Shown in pieces: positions 22,900 to 40,072 of a stretch of 54,080 bases of DNA (within the stretch, counting starts at the first letter, position 1; every line of letters begins with the position of its first letter). Under the pieces are notes generated by a model. It did not search any database. It had not been told where the DNA came from and was given only the letters and a program-made list of their open reading frames with translations. The position numbers were made by a program, and so were the translations under genes. This DNA comes from Prorocentrum cordatum. Its lineage: Eukaryota. The DNA lies in NCBI GenBank assembly GCA_963575745.1, contig CAUYUJ010000265.1, positions 62,001 to 116,080 on the forward strand, in the 5' to 3' direction.

Positions 22900-23390
22900 C
22901 TCTCCAGGACTTCCAAGACAGTCAAGAAAGGCAACCAAGACTGATGAACCAACATTGCCTCAAGAAGCGCCCAACAGCCCCCAAGAGGCGCCGAATAGAC
23001 CCCAAGAGGACTCCGCAAGCCCCTGGGCATCCCCAAAATGCCCTTGAGTCGAATACCCGTCCACGCGCAGCCTTCGAGGGCCCGAAAGGAAGCACTTATA
23101 ACCCCATGGGGCCCCCAGACGGCCCAGGACGGCCCCAAGAGAGCCCCAAGCTGGCCCAAGAGGGCCGCCGACGACCCAGGACGGCCTCAAAATGGCCCAA
23201 AACGGCTCCAACACGGCCCTACCACGGCCCCGAAGAGCCAGACGGCCGAGAGAGCCCCATGGAGCCCCCCGACGGCCAAAGGGGCTCCAGGACGGCCCAA
23301 GAGAACCACAAGAACCCCCAAGACTGTCCTACAGTGGCCCGAGACGGCCCAAGAAGCCCACGGCGAGCTCTCCGAAAAGATGGGCACGAG
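22900..23390 (+). repeat. GGCCCAAGA-type 10-11-bp periodic dispersed repeat
   Basis: ggcccaaga/ccccaaga recur; same family as 50690-51500 and 52440-53040. Confidence 0.75.
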
Positions 23391-24089
23391 AGGCGTCACC
23401 TGTGACGGCCTTCCGTGCGAAGCTTCCCCACCCAGCGCCTGGCACGGTAGCGGGACTTGCCACAGGCACCTGGACACATCTTGAGCAAGTCTCAGGCAAC
23501 ATTCCCACTTTGGAAAGGAAACCACACTCCGCCCATGCATGCATTACACGCGCCAAAGCTTCGCGTCACAATGTACGCAAAGTCCAAAACGAGTACCCCC
23601 AAGTTTGAAAAATAATCGCCTCACAAAAGCGTAATGCGCACGGCTCCAAGGCGAGAGCCAATATCTGAACTTCGTCCATTCCCCACCCGTGCAGCATGGG
23701 AGACGTCAAGCTTCAAGACGACACATTGCAAGAGAGGACTCAGGCGAGACGCCCGGCCCGCCCCACCGACACGTTTGTCGTTGCGACGAGGCAGAAAGGA
23801 GTGTAAGGGAAGAGGAACGGAGGAGGGGGAACAGGAGAAAGTGGAGACAATGAGATGATGCCGAGGGCGCACAAGTGAATCGGGCCTCGAGCGATGTGGA
23901 GCCCCGATGGCCTGCACAGCAACCGCGCATGCAATCCAAGGCGCACAAGTGCCGCCGACCGAAGGAGAAGGACCAGCCTGGGAGCACCAACCGAGCATGC
24001 AAGCAGAGTAAAGGGAAAGAGAGAAGGCGAGGGATGGTCAAATCCTTGCCTTGCGGGCGACTCCCGCACCCTTGTGGGCGCGACAATCG

Positions 24090-25050
24090 TAGAAGAGGGG
24101 CAAGGGGAGGAGGAGGGAGGAGGAGGAGGGGAAGTGGAGGAGGAAGGAGGGAGGGGAGAAGGAGAAGGAGAGGGGGCAGAAAGAAGGGGAGGGGGAAAGA
24201 GCAGGCGGAGGAGGGGAGACGGGAAAGGAGGAGGAGTAAGAAGAGGGCAAGGGGGAGGAGTAAGAGGCGGGAGGAGGGACAGGACGGAGGGGGAGGGGGA
24301 GGAGGGACAGGCAGGAGGGGGGAGCGAAGTAGAAAGAGGGACAGGAAGGAGGAGGAGTAAGAGAAAGGAGAACGAGGAGGAGGAGGAGGAAAAAGGGGGA
24401 GGGGGAACGAGGGAGAGGTGGAGGGAAAGGAGGGACAGGGGCAGGGGGGGAGGTGGAAGAGAAAGCAGGCCGCCGATGATGAATGGGAGGAGACCGCGCG
24501 CGCGAAAAGCAGGCGCGCACGGCGGGTGGCGGCGACCTGCGCAAACTGCTGCTGGGGCATCCCGCCTGCCCGCGACGGCGGCGAGCCCCCGCGGAGAGCT
24601 TCACCCCTTGGATGCATCCTCGGGCTCCCCCTCATGATCCTCAGCATCCTCCTCCTCCTCCGCCTCCTCCTCGTCCTCCTCCGCCTCCTCCCCGTCATCC
24701 TCAGCATCATCAGCATCCTTCCCATCATCTCGCTCATCATAATCATTATCACCACCACCACCACCACCACCACCATCCTCATCAGCACCATCCTCCTCAT
24801 CGGCATCCACATCGTCGTCGTCGCTGCCGTTGTCGTCGTCATCATCACCATCATCATCAGCAGCAGCATCAGCGTCCGCATCATCATCGCCACCACCACC
24901 ACCACAACCACAACCACCACCATCAGTATCATCAGAATCCTCAGCATCAGCAACATCAGCACCATCTTCCTCTTCCCCATCAGCATCAGCATCAGCATCA
25001 TCAGCATCATCATCAGCATCATCGTCCAAATTCACCTTCGTTACCACGAC
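24090..25050. repeat. Compound low-complexity tract (GGA-rich, then CAT/CAG/CAC)
   Basis: Seen directly. Confidence 0.9.
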
Positions 25051-25054
25051 CATC

Positions 25055-26603
25055 AATTAGCCTGGCGAAGGACCCAACCATATGCAGTTGTGAGTAATGC
25101 TGGTGTGAGTACCGTCTTCGGTGGATCTCCCTATGGGGCCACGAACCGTTTGAGGGGTGTGCCGAAATGGGTGTGGGGGCGGCATGCGAACGTTGCCACT
25201 GGGGCCTTCGGTGGAGCTCATTTTGGGGCCACGAAACGTGTGAGGGGTGCACCGAAGTCAGTGTGGGGGCGGCATGCGAACGCAGCCACTGGGGCCTTCG
25301 GTGGAGCTCCCTGTGGGGCCACGAAACGTGTGAGCGGTGTGCCGAAATGGGCGTGGGGGCAGCATGCGAACGCAGCCACTGGGGCCTTCGGTGGAGCTCC
25401 CTATGGTGCCACGAAACGTGTGAGGGGTGTGCCGAAATGGGTGTGGGGGCGCATGCGAACCCAGTCACTGGGGCCTTCAGTGGAAATCCCCATGGGGCCA
25501 CGAAACGTGTGAGGGATGTGCCGAAATGGGTGTTGGGGAGGCATACGAACCAGGCCACTGGGGCCTTCGGTGGAGCTCCCTATGGGGCCACGAAACGTGT
25601 GAGGGGTGTGCCGAAATGGGTGGTGGGGAGGCATGCGACCCTGCCACTGGGGCCTTCGGTGGAGCTCCCTATGGGGCCACGAAACGTGTGAGGGGTGTGC
25701 CGAAATGGGTGGTGCATGCGAACCCTGCCACTGGGGCCTTCGGTGGAGCTCCCTATGGGGCCACGAAACGTGTGAGGGGTGTGCCGAAATGGGTGGTGGG
25801 GCATGCGGACCCTGCCACTGGGGCCTTCGGTGGAGCTCCCTATGGGGCCACGAAACGTGTGAGGGGTGTGCCGAAATGGGTGGTGGGGAGGCATGCGAAC
25901 CAGGCCACTGGGGCCTTCGGTGGAGCTCCCTATGGGGCCACGAAACGTGTGAGGGGTGTGCCGAAATGGGTGGTGGGGAGGCATGCGGACCCTGCCACTG
26001 GGGCCTTCGGTGGAGCTCCCTATGGGGCCACGAAACGTGTGAGGGGTGTGCCGAAATGGGTGGTGGGGAGGCATGCGGACCCTGCCACTGGGGCCTTCGG
26101 TGGAGCTCCCTATGGGGCCACGAAACGTGTGAGGGGTGTGCCGAAATGGGTGGTGGGGAGGCATGCGGACCCTGCCACTGGGGCCTTCGGTGGAGCTCCC
26201 TATGGGGCCACGAAACGTGTGAGGGGTGTGCCGAAATGGGTGGTGGGGAGGCATGCGGACCCTGCCACTGGGGCCTTCGGTGGAGCTCCCTATGGGGCCA
26301 CGAAACGTGTGAGGGGTGTGCCGAAATGGGTGGTGGGGAGGCATGCGGACCCTGCCACTGGGGCCTTCGGTGGAGCTCCCTATGGGGCCACGAAACGTGT
26401 GAGGGGTGTGCCGAAATGGGTGGTGGGGAGGCATGCGGACCCTGCCACTGGGGCCTTCGGTGGAGCTCCCTATGGGGCCACGAAACGTGTGAGGGGTGTG
26501 CCGAAATGTGTGGTGGGGAGGCATGCGGACCCTGCCACTGGGGCCTCCGGTGGAGCTCCCTATGTGGTCACGAAACGTCTGAGGGGTGTGCCGAAATCGG
26601 TGG

Positions 26604-26655
<52 letters not shown>

Positions 26656-26668
26656 GATGATGATGATC

Positions 26669-26758
<90 letters not shown>

Positions 26759-26854
26759 GGAGGAGGGAGGGGGGGGGAGGAGGAGGAGGTGGGGAACGCG
26801 GGGCGCCGTCTCTTCAAAACGAGGACCCAACACCACAGGATGGTTGGGAAAAAA
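25055..26854 (-). mobile_element. Non-autonomous Helentron-like element (DINE-1/HINE architecture)
   Basis: SubTIRs cccaaccat (25073-25081) / atggttggg (26840-26848); nearby inverted cccaac (26826-26831); terminal palindrome ttagcctggcgaa (25057-25069); internal microsatellite and 90-bp array; T-rich ends on the minus strand. Confidence 0.6.
25110..26602 (+). repeat. 90-bp tandem array, about 16 copies
   Basis: Unit gggccttcggtggagctccctatggggccacgaaacgtgtgaggggtgtgccgaaatgggtggtggggaggcatgcggaccctgccactg; central copies identical, edge copies diverged. Confidence 0.97.
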
Positions 26855-31060
<4,206 letters not shown>

Positions 31061-31228
31061 GAGAGAGAAATAGAAGGGAGAAATGGCAGGAGCGTGAGGA
31101 GACGAAGCAGCAGCAAGAGCACGGCCCGGCCAGCGCCACGCTCCCTGGAAACCCGCCCCCGGCCGCCTCCGTACGGGCTCTGCTGCATCTGCTGGTAGGG
31201 GTTCTGCCGGCCGCGGAGGAGACGATGA

Positions 31229-31259
<31 letters not shown>

Positions 31260-32094
31260 CACGTCGGCGGGCGTCGACTAGCTGGCCCCTGCCAGGATCG
31301 GTGCAGGGCAGGGGGGGGGACAGGGCGGGGCAAGGGCGGAAGGGGAAGGGCCAAGGGCAGAGACAGGGACAGGCCAGAGCAAGGGGGGGGGATGGGAGGA
31401 AGAACAGGGACAGGGACAGGGCAGGGCAGGGCAGGGAGGGGGGAAGGGAGGGGGGAGGGGGGCAGGGACAGGGCAGGGGAGGAGGGACAGGGACAGGGCA
31501 GGGCAGGGGGCGGGAGCGCCAAGCCCGACGCGCTCGCACCACGGATCTAACACCCTGTCCCCTGCCACCAGACCCTCCCTGTGGCGCGGAGGATACTCTA
31601 TCCGCCGAGGCGTGTCCTGGCGGACCTGGATCCTGGAAACGACCCCCTTATCGTGCTACGCGCCATCAGAAGGGGGAGCCGTGCACGTTGGAGGAAGAAG
31701 AAAGAGAGGGATCAGGAGGAGGCGCAGGAGGACGACGAGGAGGCGGAGGAGGAGGAGGAGGAAGATCAGGAGGAGGAGCCGGAGGCTGGGGCGAAGAGAC
31801 GAACGGGCAAGGAGGGGGGGGTGCAGATAGGGGCACAGAGTGGCAGGGAAGGGCGGCGGGGGGCAGGGCAGGCGGGGCAGAAAAGGTGAGGGTCCCTCTC
31901 CCACTGCAGGCCTGCTGGTAGGGCATCCCGCCGCCAGCAGCCCCGGGTCGACGTGGACCTCTCTCGAGGGGAGCACCAAGGCCACGGCTCCTCCCCCGCT
32001 CCCTGCCCTTCCCTCCTCACTCCGTCCATTATGCCATGCCCAGTGATCTTGCTGCTCGTCGTCGTCCGCCCCATCGTCCGCATAAGAATCCTCA

Positions 32095-32095
32095 G

Positions 32096-32150
<55 letters not shown>

Positions 32151-32195
32151 GCATCATCATCATCATCAGCATCATCATCATCATCATCATCATCG

Positions 32196-32246
<51 letters not shown>

Positions 32247-32404
32247 CCATCATCATCGTCATCATCATCATCATCATCATCATCGTCAACATCAGCACCG
32301 TCATCATCAGAATCACCAACACCATCATCAGCAGCAGCATCATCAGCATGAACAACAACAAGAACAGCAGCAACAGCAACAACAGCAGCAACAACAACAA
32401 CGCC

Positions 32405-32439
<35 letters not shown>
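32095..32439. repeat. (CAT)n then (CAA)n microsatellite
   Basis: Seen directly. Confidence 0.95.
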
Positions 32440-32699
32440 GGGAACGCCGGCTTTCTGGGCCCCTTCCAATGGGGCGAGCTTCCCCGTCGCTCCCCACGGG
32501 AGGTACGCTGGGTTTCTGACGCTCCCTCTGGGGAAGGGGGGGGGGAGAGCACCGCATTGCATCGCACCAGCTTCTGGGACTGCCTCCGATGCGAATGGAT
32601 TCGATTGCCAGATCCCATCGACGAGGCTAAGGCGCCTACAAGCGCCGAAGGTTCCCACGGCATGTCGCCCCCACGCAAGCTCGGCATCTACTAGACCGA

Positions 32700-34380
32700 T
32701 AGTGGGAAGTCCCTACGAAGAAACTGTTTTCCAAGAACCCCGACAAAGAGAATCTGGGTCAGGAATTCCTTTTTATGAGAAACCCGGACTACGCAATCTT
32801 TACTAACCTCAATCCAGATTCCTCACAAAGAAACCCAAACCAAATCATGCGTACTAAGACAAACGGAAATTAAAAAAGCCTTAATGCGGGAATATGTTCA
32901 AAGAGTCCTTACTCAGAGAACCCGAATAATAAATCCTGACGGTGGGGGTCTTACTCAAGAGTCCTTCCTACAAACCTATTAACGACGAATGTGTATTGCG
33001 GAGCCCTTACTCAAGAGCCCTTACTAAGAGCACCTTAGTAAAGGAATATTTACTGCGGGAATAGAAATCAAGAGTCCTCACCAACAGAAGTTGACTAAGG
33101 AATTCTAATCATGGGAATAGAACTCAAGAGTCCTTACTGAAAGGACCTTGGCGAAAAATCCTTACTACGGGACTGTTACTCAAGAGTCCTTACTAGCAAC
33201 ACCTTACCAAAAAAAAAACTTGACCACGGGACTCTTACCCAAGAGTCATTACTAAGAGAACCTCCGAAGAGAAGCCTCACTACAATCTCACTTAAGAGTG
33301 GTTACTTGGAGAACCTGAATGAAGAATCCTTACGATGGGCATATTACTCAAGAGTTCTTACTAAGAGACCCTTAATGCAGAAGCCTTACAATAGGAATAT
33401 TCATCAAGAGCTATTACCAAAAGAACCTCAATGAAGAACCCTTACGATGGAAATATTTCTCCAGAGTTCTTACTGAGAGAAACTGAATGAAGAATCCTCA
33501 CCTGGAGAGTCTTACACAAGACTCCTTACGAAGAGACTTGCTCTTCTTCTTTATTTATAAAAATGCCACGGGACTCGTACTCAAAAGCCTTCACTAAGAA
33601 AACCTCAATAAGAGAACCTCAGTACAGAAGCAAAAGTGCGAGAATATTGCTCAAGAGTCCTTACGCAGAGAACCCGAATAATGAATACTGACGACTGGAG
33701 TCTGACTCGGGAGTCCTTACTAATACACTAGTGAAGAATCCTTACTACGGGACTCTTACTCCAGAGTCCATTCTAAAAAACCTGAATGAAGGGTCCTTAT
33801 AACGGGATTCTTACTCAAGAACCCTCACCAAGAAAAGTTTGGTCAAGAAGCCTCACTACGACAATGTTACTCCGGAGTCCTTTTTCGGGAACCACTGATA
33901 CATAATCTTTACGATGGGAGTCTCGCTCAAGAGTTCGTACTACGAAAACATTAAGGAATAACCCGTAATCCTTCATGAGGAATCCTGACTCCAGGACTCT
34001 TACTCAGGAGTCGCAATACGGGAATATGTCTCAAGAGTCCTTACACAGGAGGCCTTCATAAATGATACTCGTGATGGGACCATTACTCCAGAATGCTTAC
34101 CACGAGAGCCTCAAGGAAGAATCCTTCCTACGGGACTCTTACTCAAGAGTCCTCGTTAAGAGGACCTTAGTAAAGAAACTTTACGAATATGACCCAAGAG
34201 TCCTCACTGAGAAAACCTTAATAAAGAAACCTTACTGCGGGAATATTACTCAAGAGTCCTCAGTAAGAGAACTTCCGTAGGAGTCCTCACTAAGATAAAC
34301 TTCGTACACAATCCGTACTACGAGAACTGTAGTGAAGAATCCTACCTGAGAGAACCTTAATGAGGAACCCTGAGTAAGAA
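32700..34380 (+). repeat. AT-rich diverged satellite, about 56-bp period (4 x 14-bp CCTTACT subunits)
   Basis: ttactcaagagtccttactaagagaacc recurs at ~33344, 33400, 33456, 33512 and onward. Confidence 0.85.
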
Positions 34381-34499
34381 AAAAAACCATACATAATACA
34401 GAATGAAAAAAAACCTACCTCTGCCCATCCTCGTTCTACTCTTGGCTATCACTCACCCATCGCTCCCCCAGAGCGTACGTCCTACATCCCTCCGCCCTC

Positions 34500-35470
34500 C
34501 CCGCCCAATCCATCCATCGTCGCCATCCTCATCATCATCGCCATCATCATCATCAGCATCATCTTCATGGTCATCATCCACAGCAGCAGCAGCATCATCA
34601 CCACCACCAAGATCGTCATCATCATACCATCATCATCACCGACATCATAAGCAGCATCACCATCCTCAGCAACAACATCATCCCCATCACCATCGCCAGC
34701 AACATCTTCATCATCATCCACATCATCGTCGTCGTCATCAGCATCGTCTCCATCATCATCGTCAACATCATCGTCGTCGTCGCAATCAACACCATTATCA
34801 TATCATGCATCGTCAAAATGATCACCATCATCACCGCCATCAGTATCAGCATAGCAACCGCAGTGTTCAGCATCGTCGCCACCATCACCCTTCTCATCAC
34901 AATCAACATCATCAGCAGCAGCAGCCGTTTCATCGTCGCATCGTCATCATCATCAGCATCATCATCAACAGCAACATCATCAACATCGTTGTCCTCATCG
35001 CCATCGCCATCAGCATCAACATCACTATCGTCGTAGTCATCATCGTCACCATACCTACCCCTGCCACTGGAATCAACACCCTCATCGCCACCATCATCAC
35101 CACCAGCAGCATCATCGCCAAATTATCACCATACCACTCGCCATCCGCATCAGCAACGGTATCATCACCACCTTCGCCATCACAATCAATATCGTCGTCA
35201 ACATCAACAACAGGTGCACCGTCATCATCATCGGCATCAACATCATCACATATCCACCGCTACTATCGACACCATCATCATCAGCATCAACATCAACATC
35301 TGCATCATCAACAGCATCATCAACAGCATCACCATCACCAGCAGAATGATCATCATCATCAGTAACATCACAATCACCATCGTGTAGCATAACCACCGCC
35401 ATCTGCACACCAATCACCATCAACAACAACACGATTCAACATCACCAAGGGCATCATCATCACCACCGCT
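34500..35470. repeat. Degenerate (CAT)n low-complexity tract
   Basis: Seen directly. Confidence 0.9.
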
Positions 35471-35749
35471 CCAAGCGAGGAATCATTCTGGGAGAAGGAG
35501 AGACAGAGAGAGAGAGGAAAAAAATAAGAAGAAGAAAAAACAAAAAACGAATGACAGCTCATTTCTTGAGTACACTGCGAGCAACTGTCGAGCGAGAGCT
35601 CGACTCCTGAGTAATACAATGCGCGAAGGCTTGAGCGACAAACTTAGGCGACAGCGTGTAACTGGCATAAAAGTTGACAGCGAGAGCGCAATGCCAGGGC
35701 AAATCGCGAGGACGGTTCGAACGAAAGTACGATTCATCAGAAGATTGGG

Positions 35750-36110
35750 GAGTCCCCACGGATCCGTTGGAATCCCTCTGAATCCTGAGGAATCCATCGG
35801 GTTCGATCGGGATCTTCTGGAACCAAAAAGGATCCGGAAGAGTCCTCTGGAATCCCAAGAGATTCATAGGAATCGGAATTCGCTGGGAATTCACACGAAT
35901 CCGATGGAATCCACAGGAGTCCACGGATTCACCGAGGCATCCTTCAGAAAACCAGGCATCTTTTGGACTCCTAGAAGGAACCCTGGGGAATCCTCAGGAA
36001 CCCCAGAAATTCATAACACTCTGCACATATCCGTAGGAATCCCTTGGGATGCCCCGGATTCTACAGGAATCCAGGCGGACTCCCAGGAATGACAAGGATC
36101 CAATGCGAAT
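35750..36110. repeat. GGAATCC-type ~10-bp degenerate array
   Basis: ggaatcc/ggatcc/ggagtcc/ggattc recur. Confidence 0.75.
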
Positions 36111-36199
36111 CTTGCAGGTACAGCGCACGCCCCCCATGCGATGCAATGCGCCGCCCCCCCCCTCCTCCCCTCGGGGGGCGTCTAAAACCCGTCGTTCTC

Positions 36200-36267
<68 letters not shown>

Positions 36268-36268
<1 letters not shown>

Positions 36269-36516
36269 CATTTTAAAACTGTTCGCTCTTATATGCTCGA
36301 GTGTCCAATAACGCGTATTTCCCAAACTCTCGATACCCGCCCTCTTCGTCTTCGATCGAACCCCGTTTGGGGGGTATATTTTGCTTCCCTGCAGGCCGGG
36401 CCCCGGCAAGCGGCGGGACGGCCGCGGACCGTCGGCCTTGCCAGCGGCAACGCTGATCGGCGGGGCGGCCGCAGACCGTCGACCCGACCCCAAGAGGGAC
36501 GGACAGGGGACCGACC

Positions 36517-36567
<51 letters not shown>

Positions 36568-37280
36568 TCGAAGACGACGGCGACGACGGCGACGACGAGC
36601 GAAAGCGAGAGCGAGAGAGAACGACAGCAGGGCCACGAAGGGCACGAAGTAGGCCACGAAGGGCGACAGCGCGGACACGAAGGGAATGCGTATGGGGCCA
36701 CGAGGAGTGCGAACGAGCGGGGGCCACGAAGTGCAGATAATTCGGGGCCACAAAAAGCAACTACGGGGCCACTGAGGGTAGCAACTGGGCCACGTAGGAC
36801 AATGAGGGGGACACAAATTGCGACAGCGGGGCCACGAAGGGCATGCACATGGGGCCACAATGGGCGCGACTCCTGGGTGCCTGGGTGTGGGGAGCGCGGC
36901 GCTTGGGCAAATTGCAGGAAATTCCAACGCAAGGCTATTCTTCAGCAAGTTGCAAGCAAGTCTCCAGCGAGAGCGCGACTCCAGAGCTCCGGGAGAGCGA
37001 TTCCTGAATAAATTGTAAGGAAGTCCCAAGCGAGAGCGCGATTCCTGAATAAAATGCGAGGAAGTCTCGGGCGGGGGCGGGGGTCCTGACAAAATTGCAA
37101 GGAAGTCTCAAGCGGGAGCCGTTGTTGTTGTAACCCAGGGGCCAGGGGCCCAGTTTGAGCAGGAAGACTTTCCCTGTCAAAAAACAGGGTGCGAGCGTCG
37201 AGGGGCACACTTTGATTGAGAAAAACAAGATGCACCAGTGGGGGGGTATCAACAATAATGATTCTTCAGAAGTGACAATT
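36268..37280 (+). mobile_element. (CAA)n-flanked repeat family A, copy 1
   Basis: Head cccaaa..ctcgatacccgccctcttcgtcttcgatcg, (GAC)n, 21-bp ggggccacgaagggc array, ~42-bp aagtctc subrepeats, shared terminus. Confidence 0.75.
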
Positions 37281-37290
37281 CAACCACATC

Positions 37291-37376
<86 letters not shown>

Positions 37377-37377
<1 letters not shown>

Positions 37378-38136
37378 TACTAGCACGTGGGGACACTCCG
37401 TTCTCACCAGTGCCAGGGTTTTCATAGGAGGCGGGCAATACCCCCACTTTGTGGGGGGGCCGGTTCAAGCTCTACCAAATTTCCAAACGACTCTTCGCCA
37501 CCACCCACACCCAGCTTCCCGCCCTATGACGTTCGGACACTTCACTTCGTGGCATGCGGACGACCGTGGCTACTATTCAGGGCCCCGCGGCCGACGACGA
37601 CGGCGTGCGCGCGCGAAGAAAAAACGAATGTGTCCCGCATGGTATTATTTGACAGGGATGATGGCCCTGGCAGGTGCGCAACCGTTGTTGCAGAAGTTCG
37701 AAAAAGTTGCTCGCAAAAGCCCGTTTGACAGAAATGATTAAAAAGTGTTGGGTTTCCTACGAATCCGCAAGAGCGCGCGGGATGAAATTTTGACATTTTT
37801 TTTGAAAAACCATTGGTTTTTTGATGTTTTTATGTTAAAATCGCTACGAAAACTAAGGTTTTGGAAGGATTTCGTCTTGCGCGCGCGAATGTCCACTTTA
37901 CCTTATTTTTTGCAAGGGATTCTTGAAGTTTGGTTATGTTAGAACAAGAAATGTCCACTTTAGCTTATTTTTTGCAAGGGAAAACCGATCGTAACAACAC
38001 AACCGGATCCGGACCAACCCGTTTTGCCTGAGACTTCCTCACGAAAATGATGAAAATGAGGCTGCGGCCTAGGCGCGGCGGGGGGGTCGTGCACCAGGGG
38101 CCCCAACAATAATTATTCTTTAGAAGTAATAATGTT
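37377..38136 (+). mobile_element. (CAA)n-flanked repeat family B, copy 1
   Basis: Near-identical to 38191-38951. Confidence 0.8.
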
Positions 38137-38137
38137 C

Positions 38138-38190
<53 letters not shown>

Positions 38191-38191
<1 letters not shown>

Positions 38192-38951
38192 TACTAGCAC
38201 GTGGGGACACTCCGTTCTCACCAGTGCCAGGGTTTTCATAGGAGGCGGGCAATACCCCCACTTTGTGGGGGGGCCGGTTCAAGCTCTACCAAATTTCCAA
38301 ACGACTCTTCGCCACCACCCACACCCAGCTTCCCGCCCTATGACGTTCGGACACTTCACTTCGTGGCATGCGGACGACCGTGGCTACTATTCAGGGCCCC
38401 GCGGCCGACGACGACGGCGTGCGCGCGCGAAGAAAAAACGAATGTGTCCCGCATGGTATTATTTGACAGGGATGATGGCCCTGGCAGGTGCGCAACCGTT
38501 GTCGCAGAAGTTCGAAAAAGTTGCTCGCAAAAGCCCGTTTGACAGAAATGTTTAAAAAGTGTTGGGTTTCCTACGAATCCGCAAGAGCGCGCGGGATGAG
38601 ATTTTGACATTTTTTTGTTGAAAAACCATTGGTTTTTTGATGTTTTTATGTTAAAATCGCTCCGAACACTAAGCTTTTGGAAGGATTTCGTCTTGCGCGC
38701 GCGAATGTCCACTTTACCTTATTTTTTGCAAGGGATTCTTGAAATTTGATTATATTAGAACAAGAAATGTCATTTTATAGTGTTTTTTGCAAGGGAAAAC
38801 GGATTACAACAAAACAACCGGATCTGGATCACATCGTTTTACCTGAGGCTTCCTCACGAAAATGATGAAAATGTAGCTGCGGCCTAGGCGGCGCAGGGGG
38901 GGCGCGCACCAGGGGGCCCAACAATAATTATTCTTTAGAATAAATAATGTT
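38191..38951 (+). mobile_element. (CAA)n-flanked repeat family B, copy 2
   Basis: 5' half matches copy 1; 3' half matches copy 3. Confidence 0.8.
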
Positions 38952-38952
38952 C

Positions 38953-38983
<31 letters not shown>

Positions 38984-39206
38984 GAGACGACGACGATGAC
39001 GACGACGACGACGACGACGACGACTACGACGACGAAGACGACGACGACGACAACAACAACCACAACAACCACAACAACCACAACAACAGCGGCAGCAGCA
39101 GCAATAACAACAACAACAACAACAGCAACAACAACAACAACAAGAACAGCAACAACAACAGCAACAACAATCACAACATCAACAACAACAACAACAACAA
39201 CAACAA

Positions 39207-39970
39207 TCACTTTACCCGAACGCTCAGTGTTCTCACCAGTGCCAGGGTTTGCATGCGACGCCAGCCAATACCCCCACTTTGTGGGGGGGCAGTGCAAGCT
39301 CTACCAAATATCCACACGACTCTTCGCCACCACCCACACCCAGCTTCCCGCCCTATGACGTTCGGACACTTCACTTCGTGGCCTGCGGACGACCGTGGCT
39401 ACTACACTGGCGTGGAGTACACACCCACAGAAGTTGTTAAGCCTACGTTCGTACACCCACAGAAGTACCGCATGGTATTATTTGACAGGGATGATGGCCC
39501 TGGCAGGTGCGCAACCGTTGTCGCAGAAGTTCGAAAAAGTTGCTCGCAAAAGCCCGTTTGACAGAAATGTTTAAAAAGTGTTGGGTTTCCTACGAATCCG
39601 CAAGAGCGCGCGGGATGAGATTTTGACATTTTTTTGTTGAAAAACCATTGGTTTTTTGATGTTTTTATGTTAAAATCGCTCCGAACACTAAGCTTTTGGA
39701 AGGATTTCGTCTTGCGCGCGCGAATGTCCACTTTACCTTATTTTTTGCAAGGGATTCTTGAAATTTGATTATATTAGAACAAGAAATGTCATTTTATAGT
39801 GTTTTTTGCAAGGGAAAACGGATTACAACAAAACAACCGGATCTGGACCCCATCCACTTTTCTGAAGCTTTCGCGAAAAAATGATGAAAATGTAGCTGCG
39901 GCCTAGGCGCGGCGGGGGGGCCGTGCACCAGGGGCCCCAACAATAATTATTCTTTAGAATTAATAATGTT
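39207..39970 (+). mobile_element. (CAA)n-flanked repeat family B, copy 3 (variant)
   Basis: Same body with a different head and a replaced 63-bp internal block. Confidence 0.8.
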
Positions 39971-40072
39971 CAACAACAACAGCAACAACATCATCAACAA
40001 CAACAACAACAACAACAACAACAGCAACAACAACAATAACAGCAGCAACAGCAACAGCAACAGCAACAACAA

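Larger units (their letters stand above)
32440..36199. mobile_element. Putative 3.8-kb TIR-bounded non-autonomous DNA element inserted in (CAA)n
   Basis: 32503-32565 is the reverse complement of 36137-36197 (gcgatgcaatgcg..C-run..gcgtc.aaaccc); outer termini gggaacgccggctttctg and ctaaaacccgtcgttctc abut (CAA)n on both sides. Confidence 0.5.

Noticed and set aside
37377..37420. Helitron 3' end (hairpin plus CTAG|T on the minus strand) in family B
   Set aside because: Absent from copy 3, weak hairpin, no matching TC 5' end
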